Assembly (NCBI RefSeq): GCF_044704955.1
Contig: NC_091984.1
Span: 227,416,001 to 227,480,000 of the forward strand
Length of the DNA: 64,000 nucleotides
Direction of reading: 5' to 3'
From: Pristiophorus japonicus
Lineage: Eukaryota
Shown one piece after another: positions 1-12,000 of the stretch (its first letter is position 1; the number at the start of each line of letters is the position of its first letter). The notes under the pieces were generated by a model. That model made no database searches. It worked only from the letters and a program-made list of their open reading frames with translations, and had not been told where the DNA came from. The position numbers and the translations under genes were made by a program.

Positions 1-86
1 CCATAATCGTATTAAATGGCGGAGCAGGCGCGAGGGGCCTTATGGCCTACTCCTGCTCCTATTTCTTATGTTCTTACGTTCTTATG
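1..86 (+). mobile_element. CR1 LINE 3' UTR and tail (cut by window edge)
   Basis: AATGGCGGAGCAGG..GAGGGG..ATGGCCTACTCCTGCTCCTATTTCTTATGTTCTTA, the same 3' end as the CR1 copies with RT ORFs elsewhere in the window. Confidence 0.85.
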
Positions 87-273
87 TATCATACAAACCC
101 ATTCCGCCCCTCTGCACAGCCATTCCTCCAACACATATTTACATTAAAACCTGAAGTTTAATTTGTCTCCTGTAACATATAATAATCTATTGTGCTTGAC
201 AAATGCATCATTAAATACTATCTTTAAATTATTTTATGAATAAAACATCCACAGAGCCTTATAAATGTTTATA

Positions 274-3200
274 TTAAAAATACTCTTTTAAGTTTATTCT
301 CCTCCCTTTAAAAAACAGAGCATTCCTTCTTTGCACAATCATAAACCTAGCCAAACTGAATAAGACATTAATTGCCGCTCCGCTAGACTCAGGCAGACTC
401 TTCTGCAATCCCCATTTCAAAATGGAGTCCCACGGGATTCCCATTCTTGCTCTTTGGTCCTCACCCAGCAAGAAAATCTCATACAACTGTCGAACATAGC
501 ACTTAAAATCCTTTAACTGTGGACATAACACCAGCAAATGCGACAGAGTCTCATCCCGCGTCCCACACACTGGGCAAGTTGCCACCTCTACTCGCCCAAT
601 ACTACATAAGAATATCTTACATAAGGACATTTTGAAGGGAGAAGGTGAACAACCAGTTGTCGTGATGCACATAGGTACCAATGATATAGGTAAAAAACGG
701 GATGAGGTCCTACAAGACGAACTTAGGGAAGAAGGAGCTAAATTAAAAAGTAGGACCTCAAAAGTAGTAATCTCGGGATTGCTACCAGTGCCACGTGCTA
801 GTCAGGGTAGGAATCGCAAGATAGCTCAGATGAATACGTGGCTTGAGGAGTGGTGCAGAAGGGAGAGATTCAAATTCCTGGGACATTGGAACCGGTTCTG
901 GGGGAGGTGGGACCAATGCAAACCGGACGGTCTGCACCTGGGCAGGACCGGAACCAATGTCCTAGGGGGAGTGTTTGCTAGTGCTGTTGGGGAGGGGTTT
1001 AACTAATATGGCAGGGGGTTGTGAACCTATGCAGGGAGACAGAGGACAGTAGAATGGGGGCAGAAGCAAAAGATAGAAAGAAGAAAAGTAAAAGTGGAGG
1101 GCAGAGAAACCCAAGGCAAAAAGCAAAAAGGTCCACATTACAGCAATATTCTAAAGGGCAAAGTGTGTTAAAAAGACAAGCCTGAAGGCTCTGTGCCTCA
1201 GTGCGAGGAGTATCCGTAATAAGTTGGATGAATGAACTGCGCAGATAGCTGTTAATGAATATGATGTAATTGGCATCACGGATTCATGGCTCCAGGGTGA
1301 CCAAGGCTGGGAATTCAACATCCAGGGGTATTCAACATTCAGGAAGGATAGACAGAAAGGAAAAGGGGGTGGGGTGGCGTTGCTGGTTAAAGAGGAAATT
1401 AACGCAAATAAGGAAGGACATTAGCTTGGATGATATGGAATCGATACGGGTGGAGCTACGGAATATCAAAGGGCAGAAAACGCTAGTGGGAGTTGTATAC
1501 AGGCTACCAAGTGAGGTTGGGGACAGCATCAAACAAGAAATTACGGATGCGTGCAATAAAGGTGCAGCAGTTATCATGGGCGACTTTAAGCTACATATTG
1601 ATTGGGCTAACCAAACTGGTAGCAATGCGGTGGAGGAGAATTTCCTGGAGTGTATTAGGGATGGTTTTCGAGACCATTATGTCGAGGAACCAACTAGCGG
1701 GCTAGCCATACTAGACTGGGTGATATGTAATGAGAAAGGACTCATTAGCAATCTTGTTGTGCAAGGCCCCTTGGGGAAGAGTGACCATAATATGTTAGAA
1801 TTCTTTATTAAGATGGAGAGTGACAGAGTTAATTCAGAGTCTAGGGTCCTGAACTTAAGGAAAGGTAACTTCGATGGTATGAGTCGTGAATTGGCTAGAA
1901 TAGACTGGCGAGTGATACTTAAAGGGTTGATGGTGGATAGGCAATGGCAAACATTTAAAGATCACGTGGATGAACTTCAATAATTGTACATCCCTGTCTG
2001 GAGTAAAAATAAAACAGGGAAGGTGGCTCAACCGTGGCTAACAAGGATAGTGTTAAATCCAAGGAAGAGGCATAAAAATTGGCCAGAAAAAGCAGCAAAC
2101 CTGAGGACTGGGAGAATTTTATAATTCAGTAGAGGAGGACAAAGGGGGGAAATAGAGTATGAGAGGAAGCTTGCTGGGAACATAAAAACTGACTGCAAAA
2201 GCTTCTATAGATATGTGAAGAGAAAAAGATTAGTGAAGACAAACGTAGGCCCCTTGCAGTCGGATTCAGATGAATTTATAATGGGGAACAAAGAAATGGC
2301 AGACCAGTTAAACGAATACTTTGGTTCTGTCTTCACGGAGGAAGAAACAAATAACCTTCCGGAAATACTAGGGGACCGAGGGTCTAGTGAGAAGGAGGAA
2401 CGGAAAGAAATCCTTATTAGGCGGGAAATTGTGTTAGGGAAATTGATGGAATTGAAGGCCGATAAATCCCCGGGGCCTGATAGTCTGCATCCCAGAGTAC
2501 TTAAGGAAGTGGCCCTAGAAATAGTGGATGCATTGGTGATCATTTCCAACAATCTATCGACCCTGGATCAGTTCCTATGGACTGGAGGGTAGCTAATGTA
2601 ACACCATTTTTTAAGAAAGGAGGGAGAGAGACAACGGGGAATTATAGACCGGTTAGCCTGACATCAGTAGTGGGGAAAATGTTGGAATCAATTATTAAAG
2701 ATGAAATAGTAACGCATTTGGAAAGCAGTGACAGGATCGGTCCAAATCAGCATGGATTTATGAAAGGGAAATCATGCTTGACAAATCTTCTGGAATTTTT
2801 TGAGGATGTAACTGGTAGAGTGGACAAGGGAGAACCAGTGGATGTGGTTCTTTCAAAAGGCTTTTGACAAGGTCCCACACAAGAGATTGGTGTGCAAAAT
2901 TAAAGCACATGGTATTGGGTGTAATGTACTGACGTGGATAGAGAACTGGTTGGCAGACAGGAAGCAGAGAGTCGGGATAAACGGGTCCTTTTCAGAATGG
3001 CAGGCAGTGACTAGTGGAGTGCCGCAGGGCTCAGTGCTGGGACCCCAGTTATTTACAATATGCATTAATGATTTAGATGAATGAATTGCGTGTAATATCT
3101 CCAAGTTTGTAGAAGGCACTAAGCTGGGTGTCGGTGTGAGCTGTGAGGAGGATGGTAAGAGGCTGCAGCGTGACTTGGAAGTTTAGGTGAGTGGGCAAAC

Positions 3201-6200
3201 GCATGGCAGATGCAGTATAATATGGATAAATGTGAGGTTATCCACTTTGGTGGCAAACACACAAAGGCAGAGAATTATCTGAATGGTGGCAGATTAGGAA
3301 AAGGGGAGACGCAATGAGACCTGGGTGCCATGGTACATCAGTTATTGAAAGTTGGCATGCAGGTACAGCAGGCGGTGAAGATGGCAAATGGCATGTTGGC
3401 CTTCATAGCTAGGGGATTTGAGTATAGAAGCAGGGAAGTCTTACTGCAGTTATACAGGGCCTTGGTGAGGCCTCACCTGGAATATTGTGTTCAATTTTGG
3501 TCTCCTAATCTGAGGAAGGACGTTCTTGCTATTCTGAGGGACTGCAGCGAAGGTTCACAAGACTGATTTCTGGGATGGCTGGACTGACATATGAGGAGAG
3601 ATTGGATCGACTGGGCCTGTATTCACTGGAGAGGGGATCTCATAGAAACATATAAAATTCTGACGGGACTGGACAGGTTAGATACAGGAAGAATGTTGCC
3701 GATGTTGGGGAAGTCCAGAACCAGGGGACATAGTCTAAGGATAAGGTGTAAGCCATTTAGGACTGAGATGAGGAGAAACTTCTTCACTCAGAGAGTTGTT
3801 AACCTGTGGAATTGTCTACCGCAGAGAGTTGTTGATGCCAGGATGTATTCAAGAGAGAGTTAGATATGGCCCTTACGGCTAAAGGGATCAAGGGGAATGG
3901 AGAGAAAGCAGGAAGGGGATACTGAGGTGAATGATCAGCCATGATCTTATTGAATGGTGGTGCAGGCTTGAAGGGCAGAATGGCCTACTCCTGCACTTAT
4001 TTTCTATGTTTCTATGTTTCTAATATCATGGTAAAAATCCGGTTATGAGCCATTTTGAAATCCAGTTCAATCCACTCTGGACATTTAAAATTCGGCACAC
4101 TCCCTTCCAACTCCTGTTGAAGTCCAGCTGTGGGTATATATACTGCCAAAAACTCCTGACCAGCAGGTGTCTGAAATCTCCATTCTCTTAATACCCCATA
4201 GAAATCTCGAATATTACAGTTGTCAACTTGGACCAACTCCTCCCCTTTCTCCTGCAGAAAGTTTGGAAAAGCGGTACGCATTATACCTCCTTTGAAGATT
4301 TGAGTATGTATTTCTTCCATCCAATCCTGTGGCATTGCCCTCACAATCTTCTCATACATGATCTCAACTGTTTTTTTCTCTAGCTCCTCATCCTCCTCCA
4401 AAACCATGTCCCTCACTACCGCTTCCGGCAACCAACCTGGAATTACCTCATATAATGCATCTTTCACATATATAATACCAACTTTTATAAAAGCTTGATT
4501 AAATAATACCTCTCCTTCAATGTGTTCAAAAATAAGGACTGTTCTAAAAATTCCTCAGCATCTTTGGGCATAAACTGCACACTTTTAAAAAATTGGGCCC
4601 AAGTGTCTACAATCCCCTTATAAAACCTAGGGAGAGGTTTAATCAATTTCAAAACATATTGTTGTATTCTATCTAAAATATTCCCTGTCCTCCTATCTCA
4701 CTTAATTTAAAAAAATGCTGGAAATAACTCTTCCAAAAACTTGTATTTGACTTGTATCTTTTCACCAATTTAATTCTAAAGGATTTTTTCTCAAATCAAT
4801 TTCTGGGAAATTGAGACCTCCCTGATTTCGCTGTCCAATTATGGTATTATAAGCAACCAAGGCTGGTTTCCCTTCCCATAAAAACTTTACACAAGCCTCT
4901 CGGATAGACTTTTCCACTCACTGAGAAATATTCTCCACCGTCAATAAGTGCCATGGTTTAGATAGCAGGAGAGCTGCCCCCACAATCTCTCTTCCTTGCA
5001 CTTTCAACCACTTTCTTTCCCATCTTCCCAAAATCTTTTTAATTTTCATTACCTTCGGTTCCTAATTTAGTCGATCCACTTCATCCCTATCCTTCTTGCA
5101 CCCCATATGCACCCCCAGAACTTCTAAAACCTCCACCACCTTAAAAGGGCTATCCTCCAACCACTCCAACCTACTCCTTCCCACAACCAGGCATTGGGAC
5201 TTACTATAATTTACTCTGGCTCCTGAAGCTCTACAATACTCCTCCACTACTCCCATAGCTTTCCTCACTGACTCCCCATCTCTCAACGTTAAGGTCATGT
5301 CATCTGCATATTGGTGTATCACCGACACCTGCCCGGAGCTGGGAATCACAATCCCGACTATGCCTTGTTTCTTTCGCATCTTGAACCTCATGGTTCTGCT
5401 ACCAATGTGTACAATAGGGGACAACCTTGTGTCACTGATCTCTGTATTGGAAAATACTTGGATAAAAAACCATTACAGCTAAAAGTGTTTGAATAAAAAA
5501 CCCTTATCCACTCAATGAAATGGTTCACAAAACCAAATGCTTCCAAAACCATCAATAAAAACTCATGAGAGACTCTATCAAAGGTTTTTCCTTGATCCAT
5601 CTTCAGAACATAAGCTTCCCTCCCACTAGTCCATCAGACCCTGGGCTTCCCCCCTTCATTCCACTTATTGCTACTTTTATTTCCGCTAATCCTACTTCTT
5701 TGTCACACAGGCTTCTCTCATCCTCTTTTAAACCCTCTTCAATAAAAGCACTAACCTTCTCCATCACCAATTTGGAAATGTTTTCTTTTGTATATAACTC
5801 TTGAGAAAAGCTACTAGTCGCCTCCATAATCTCCCCACTTTCATTAATGATCTCTTCCCCAACGTTCAACTCTCCAATTAATGATAACCTTTGTCGCAAC
5901 TTCTATTGCTTTAGAAAACATCGAGTGCATCTTTCTCCCTCCAATGTATCTTTAGCCTTTGCACGGAGAATGGCCCCCTTGCATTTTTCAGCTTGCAATA
6001 ATTCCCACTCTCCCTTTAAAACCTTCCACTTAGTCTTTGCTCCCTTATCCCCTCCGTCAACTGCTTTACAGATATCTGTAAACCTTCTGTTTATTTTCTC
6101 TTCTTGAGGCCGGTTAGCTGTTGCTTGTTCTTTCCCATAACGTACCGAAAAAACTTTTACCTCATATTTGAAATTGTCCCACCAAACTCTTTTTTCTTTC

Positions 6201-6300
6201 AAGAATAAAGGTTCCTTCCGAGCATTCTTTACTATATTTAAAATCCCTTCTTTAAAAGCAATTTCTTTCAGGTACTGATTGTTTAAAATCCACACCCCTG
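274..6300 (-). pseudogene. Tx1 ORF2 (reverse transcriptase plus C-terminal zinc finger), endonuclease domain missing
   Basis: ORF fragments 5903-6295, 5603-5899, 5388-5600, 5062-5424 (YADD), 4012-4467 and 274-~616 in the colinear order of an L1-clade ORF2. Confidence 0.85.
626..4021 (+). mobile_element. CR1 LINE, 5'-truncated: ORF1 esterase C-half, ORF2 APE endonuclease + RT, 3' tail
   Basis: ORF1 HIGTND..DGLHL (SGNH/GDSL esterase); ORF2 [48 protein letters not shown]; tail TTTCTATGTTTCTATG; TSD AATATC at 611-616 and 4022-4027. Confidence 0.95.
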
Positions 6301-8125
6301 TTCCTCTGCAACTTTTTGGGCAGCTGTTGCTTTCTCCTGCAGCCTCCGGCTCTTTTTCATCTTCTGTTTGAACTTTCCCTGCAGTTTCAGCCTCTTCCTT
6401 ACATTAAATTTAGGCCACGGAACTGCCCCTACTCCCTCCTTCTGTCCCTCAATAATCTTTCCCTTCCCACATGATGCCTCCCTACCCACCCCTCCATATC
6501 ACCTTCCTCCTCTGACTCCTCACTCTAGAGCTCTTCTGTAATCTTCCGTCCCTGTTCCCCGTCAGATACAGAATCTCCCTTAGAGAGTCTTCATGCTAAC
6601 CTGGTTTCTCCAACGGTACCACTCCCTTTGGCCTCAACTCCACCGCTCAACTTTGCTCCCCGTTTCTTCTCTCTCTGGGACAATGGCGCATCTCCACCCA
6701 TCTTGCTCCCTTTTGGCATCTTTGTCTCCCCGCTCCCGTCCTGCTGCCCCTTTAAGGCTCCTGCCTGTTGCACCCTCTCCTGGACTTGCCCCCTCCTGCT
6801 CCCCAAGATGTACAACTCCCCATCTCCCTTTGGTGCACTTACGCTTAACCCGCACCCGCCTCTGCTCCCCCTACGGATACCTGAAGGCGACCCATATCAT
6901 GGCTCGACTCTGTCCCTGACCCGTGATGCCCCCCGCTGACTTTGTCCTTTTCCACCGTACTTGGTGTGTTTTCCACCATCTCCATCCTGTTCTCTGCTCC
7001 GTAATTTTCTGCCTCTTCTTGCGCTCTTTCCTCACTCCGTTCGGCGGCTGTGTCCTCCGCCTGCTCCGCTCCTCCGGCCACTCCACTCACACCTCCTGCT
7101 CCTTCTCCCATCTCCTCGTCACTCAAGAAGGTTCTGCCTCACACTCACAACGGGTGGGGCCTTTGCGGAAACCACACAGCTCTCTGCCTTGCAGTTCCGA
7201 GCGATGTGTCCATACTTGCCACAGTTAGAACAATACAGGTCTGGACAGCTTCTTACTAAATGTTCATGTCTAAGACAGTAATAGCAAACCTTCACCTGGT
7301 TATTGTTATGTATTTAACCCCTTGTAACCTGTATTATACTACCACCAGAGGGCCCACCTGTTGGAGTCCCAAGGGATACCAGCATTCCTTGGGAACACGG
7401 TATATAAGCAGGCCACCCACAAGGTACCTGCACGCTGGAGTCACAATAAAGGAGCTAACGTCACACTTACTCATTATACACAATACTCAGTTTCATCCTT
7501 TATTATGAGCATAACAGTTATCATGCAGAACCTGGAAGTACTGCACTCCTTCCATTGTCTCGAATTTCATGCTGTAGGGCAATGACTTCACCCTCTCTGA
7601 GAACCGCACCTTTACATAACGAGTTCCATCGGCTACCCGCGTTCCAGGATAGTATCTCCTCTTTATTACTGAGCAAAGTTTAACATCCCACGAATCCAAC
7701 TTTTTTATCAGCACATCGTCCTCAACATAAACCGGGAGGTTTAAGAATGAGACCACCACCTCTTCGGAATACAGCAAAGATACATCCAAGAATTTATCAC
7801 CAACCTTCAGGCTCAGTAAAAGTCTTTCCACACCCTCTCGGCCACTGACTGTCACCTCGAACCCAACATTCAGATTTGGTCGGCAGGCAAAGCAACTTCC
7901 CTCACCGCAGTCCTCATGTACTGCCTGGATAATATCCCAAGCTCGCATCTCCTTATCCTGGCAGTGAACCACCACCGTGTTTTCTTTTCTAAACCTCCCA
8001 GGATCCCGGCCCAAATCTTTGGGCTTTTTATTCTCCTTTCTCAAGACATTCTCTTCCCTGATTAAATTCACACTGGGAGCATTATCCTCTGAGGGGCCCA
8101 GCACCCCAGGCCCCTCAGCAGCCAT
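6290..8125 (-). pseudogene. Tx1 ORF1 (gag-like, CCHC zinc knuckles), disrupted
   Basis: ORF 7493-8125; with the LTR removed it continues VLHDNQVKVCYYCLRHEHLVRSCPDLYCSNCGKYGHIARNC (2x CX2CX4HX4C), then an acidic/basic low-complexity tail. Confidence 0.82.
7304..7516 (+). mobile_element. Solo LTR (213 bp)
   Basis: TGTTATG...CATAACA inverted ends, 5-bp TSD GTTAT (7299-7303, 7517-7521), TATATAA at 7401, AATAAA at ~7445. Confidence 0.92.
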
Positions 8126-8351
8126 CTGGGTGATGTTTATGGGCTAAAAGGGCTTTAAAATTTGAAAAAAACTTCCCACAAACCCACCACCAACTTTTTA
8201 CAAACTCACTCCAACTCCTGCCGTAATCAGCAGCACCTGCTCACTCCTAGCCCCTCCCACTTGGAGGGTGCTACCCACGGAATCACAGCCTGACACAGAT
8301 TTGAGAGGGCACAGAATCACTTTTTCCACTCTTTCTTGCTCTCAGTCAATT

Positions 8352-8620
8352 TGTCTTTCAGATGGGATGTTCAACCGAGGCCCCGTCTGCTCTCTCACGT
8401 GGGCGTAAACGCTCGAAGAAGAGCAGGGGAGTTATCCCTCAATCAATATAACAAAGATAAATGACCTGGTCATTATCACCTTGCTGTTTGTGGGAGCTTG
8501 CTGTGCGCAAATTGGCTGCCGCGTTTCCCACATTACAACAGTGACTACACTCCAAAAGTACTTCATTGGCTGTAAAACGCTTTTAGACGTCCGGTGTTCG
8601 TGAAATTTCTTTTCTTTCAA
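8352..8620 (+). mobile_element. Deu-domain tRNA SINE (SacSINE1-like), 5'-truncated
   Basis: GATGTTcAACCGAGGCCCC..GAAGAGCAGGGGAGTTATCCC..GCTGTGCGCAAATTGGCTG..CATTGGCTGTAAA, shared with full-length copies. Confidence 0.8.
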
Positions 8621-8708
8621 TCAAAGCTGGTTTGAGCAGGGAGAAAGTGCTGGGCAGAGCTCACAGCGTCTCCCTGTATGGGGAAACTCAAAACGGGGAC
8701 ATATTTAC

Positions 8709-8728
8709 TGCAGCGCCCCCTAGCGGTC
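8709..8728 (-). promoter_or_regulatory. Consensus CTCF-type site
   Basis: Minus strand GACCGCTAGGGGGCGCTGCA matches the CTCF core CC(A/G)CTAGGGGGCGC in apparently unique sequence; binding untested. Confidence 0.55.
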
Positions 8729-9054
8729 AGCCAAGGAGATCACCGGCGGAGCGACAGAAATGGCCACCTCACCCACTCTTGAAATGGCAGAGATGTTTCA
8801 CCCCACAGCATGCAAAGGATAAAAATGGTGAGAAAATTAAAGGGCATTTCCCTTTCGCTGGGGACTAGGTAGCCTGTTTTATTTAAAACAAAATGCTTTA
8901 ATTAACTTTTCAATCATCCAAAACAGTGAAGACTCAAAAGTTAATCGCATGAAAAGGGTTATACAAGACAATTACCACTGCAGCAGGTGGTTTGATACAT
9001 CTTCTGTTGAGCATAAGTCAGGGGTGGGAAGGGATGCAATAGCATCTGTTGAAT

Positions 9055-12000
9055 AAAGAAAGAAAGATTCATAAAGCACCTTTCTCAACCTCAGGATGCT
9101 CCAAGGCACTTTACAGCAACAGAAGTACTTTAGAAGTGTAGTCACTGTTGTAATATAGGATATGCGGCAGCCAATTCGCGCACAGCAAGCTCCCACCGAC
9201 AGCAACGTTATAATGACCAGATATTCTATTTTAGTGATGTTGGTAGAGGGATAAATATTGGCCTCAGGGCCACCGGGGAGAACTCCCCTCTACTCTTCAC
9301 AATAGTGCCGAGCGATTTTTTTTATGTCCACCTGAGAGGACCGACAGTGAGCGCTCTCTCAGTACTGCCCCTCCGACAGTGAGCGCTCTCTCAGTACTGC
9401 CCCTCCGACAGTGAGCGCTCTCTCAGTACTGCCCCTCCGACAGTGAGCGCTCTCTCAGTACTGCCCCTCCGACAGTGAGCGCTCTCTCAGTACTGCCCCT
9501 CCGACAGTGCGGCACTCTCTCAGTACTGTCCCGCTGACAGTGAGCGCTCCCTCAGTACTGCCCCTCCGACAGTGAGCGCTCCCTCAGTACTGCCCCTCCG
9601 GCAGTGAGCGTTCCCTCAGTACTGCCCCTCCGACAGTGTGGCACTCCCTCAGTACTGCCCCTCCGACAGTGAGCGCTCTCTCAGTACTGCCCCTCCGACA
9701 GTGCGGCACTCCCTCAGTACTGCCCCTCCGACAGTGAGCGCTCCCTCAGTACTGCCCCTCCGACAGTGAGTGCTCTCTCAGTACTGCCCCTCCGACAGTG
9801 AGCGTTCCCTCAGTACTGCCCCTCCGACAGTGAGTGCTCTCTCAGTACTGCCCCTCCGACAGTACGTCTCCCTCAGTACTGCCCCTCCGACAGTGCGGCA
9901 CTCCCTCAGTACTGCCCCTCCGACAGTGAGCGCTCCCTCAGTACTGACCCTCCGACAGTGAGCGCTCTCTCAGTACTGCCCCTCCGACAGTGAGCGCTCT
10001 CTCAGTACTGACCCTCCGACAGTGAGCGCTCTCCCAGTACTGCCCCTCCGACAGTGAGCGCTCCCTCAGTACTGCCCCTCCGACAGTGAGTGCTCCCTCA
10101 GTACTGCCCCTCCGACAGTGAGCGCTCCCTCAGTACTGACCCTCCGACAGTGAGCGCTCCCTCAGTACTGCCCCTCCGACAGTGCGGCACTCCCTCAGTA
10201 CTGCCCCTCCGACAGTGCGGCGCTCTCTCAGTACTGCCCCTCCGACAGTGAGCGCTCCCTCAGTACTGCCCCTCCGACAGTGAGCGCTCCCTCAGTACTG
10301 CCCCTCCGACAGTGAGCACTCCCTCAGTACTGCCCCTCCGACAGTGAGCGTTCCCTCAGTACTGCCCCTCCGACAGTGAGTGCTCTCTCAGTACTGCCCC
10401 TCCGACAGTGAGTGCTCTCTCAGTACTGTCCCTCCGACAGTGAGCGCTCCCTCAGTACTGCCCCTCCGACAGTGAGCGCTCTCTCAGTACTGCCCCTCCG
10501 ACAGTGAGCGCTCTCTCAGTACTGCCCCTCCGACAGTGCGGCACTCCCTCAGTACTGCCCCTCCGACAGTGAGCGTTCCCTCAGTACTGCCCCTTCGACA
10601 GTGCGGCGCTCCCTCAGTACTGCCCCTCCGACAGTGAGCGCTCTCTCAGTACTGCCCCTCCGACAGTGCGGCACTCCCTCAGTACTGCCCCTCCGACAGT
10701 GAGCGTTCCCTCAGTACTGCCCCTCCGACAGTGAGCGCTCTCTCAGTACTGACCCTCCGACAGTGAGCGCTCCCTCAGTACTGCCCCTCCGACAGTGAGC
10801 GCTCTCTCAGTACTGCCCCTCCGACAGTGAGCGCTCCCTCAGTACTGCCCCTCCGACAGTGAGCGCTCCCTCAGTACTGCCCCTCTGACAGTGAGCGTTC
10901 CCTCAGTACTGACCCTCCGACAGTGAGCGCTCCCTCAGTACTGCCCCTCCGACAGTGAGCGCTCTCTCAGTACTGCCCCTCCGACAGTGAGCGCTCTCTC
11001 AGTACTGACCCTCCGACAGTGAGCGCTCCCTCAGTACTGCCCCTCCGACAGTGAGTGCTCCCTCAGTACTGCCCCTCCGACAGTGAGCGCTCCCTCAGTA
11101 CTGACCCTCCGACAGTGAGCGCTCCCTCAGTACTGCCCCTCCGACAGTGCGGCACTCCCTCAGTACTGCCCCTCCGACAGTGCGGCGCTCTCTCAGTACT
11201 GCCCCTCCGACAGTGAGCGCTCCCTCAGTACTGCCCCTCCGACAGTGAGCGCTCCCTCAGTACTGCCCCTCCGACAGTGAGCACTCCCTCAGTACTGCCC
11301 CTCCGACAGTGAGCGTTCCCTCAGTACTGCCCCTCCGACAGTGAGTGCTCTCTCAGTACTGCCCCTCCGACAGTGAGTGCTCTCTCAGTACTGTCCCTCC
11401 GACAGTGAGCGCTCCCTCAGTACTGCCCCTCCGACAGTGAGCGCTCTCTCAGTACTGCCCCTCCGACAGTGAGCGCTCTCTCAGTACTGCCCCTCCGACA
11501 GTGCGGCACTCCCTCAGTACTGCCCCTCCGACAGTGAGCGTTCCCTCAGTACTGCCCCTTCGACAGTGCGGCGCTCCCTCAGTACTGCCCCTCCGACAGT
11601 GAGCGCTCTCTCAGTACTGCCCCTCCGACAGTGCGGCACTCCCTCAGTACTGCCCCTCCGACAGTGAGCGTTCCCTCAGTACTGCCCCTCCGACAGTGAG
11701 CGCTCTCTCAGTACTGACCCTCCGACAGTGAGCGCTCCCTCAGTACTGCCCCTCCGACAGTGAGCGCTCTCTCAGTACTGCCCCTCCGACAGTGAGCGCT
11801 CCCTCAGTACTGCCCCTCCGACAGTGAGCGCTCCCTCAGTACTGCCCCTCTGACAGTGAGCGTTCCCTCAGTACTGACCCTCCGACAGTGAGCGCTCCCT
11901 CAGTACTGCCCCTCCGACAGTGAGCGCTCTCTCAGTACTGCCCCTCCGACAGTGAGCGCTCTCTCAGTACTGACCCTCCGACAGTGAGCGCTCTCTCAGT

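Larger units (their letters stand above)
88..8260 (-). mobile_element. Decayed Tx1-type (L1 clade) non-LTR retrotransposon, interrupted by CR1 626-4021 and solo LTR 7304-7516
   Basis: Minus-strand ORF1 from 8125 (KENTVVV..RYVKV..two CCHC knuckles), then ORF2 pieces GVWILNN, SPGSDGL, DQGKTFDRV, QGCPL, QYADD, LGVHMG and C-terminal CPVCGTRDETLSHLLVLC zinc finger; many stops and frameshifts. Confidence 0.88.
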
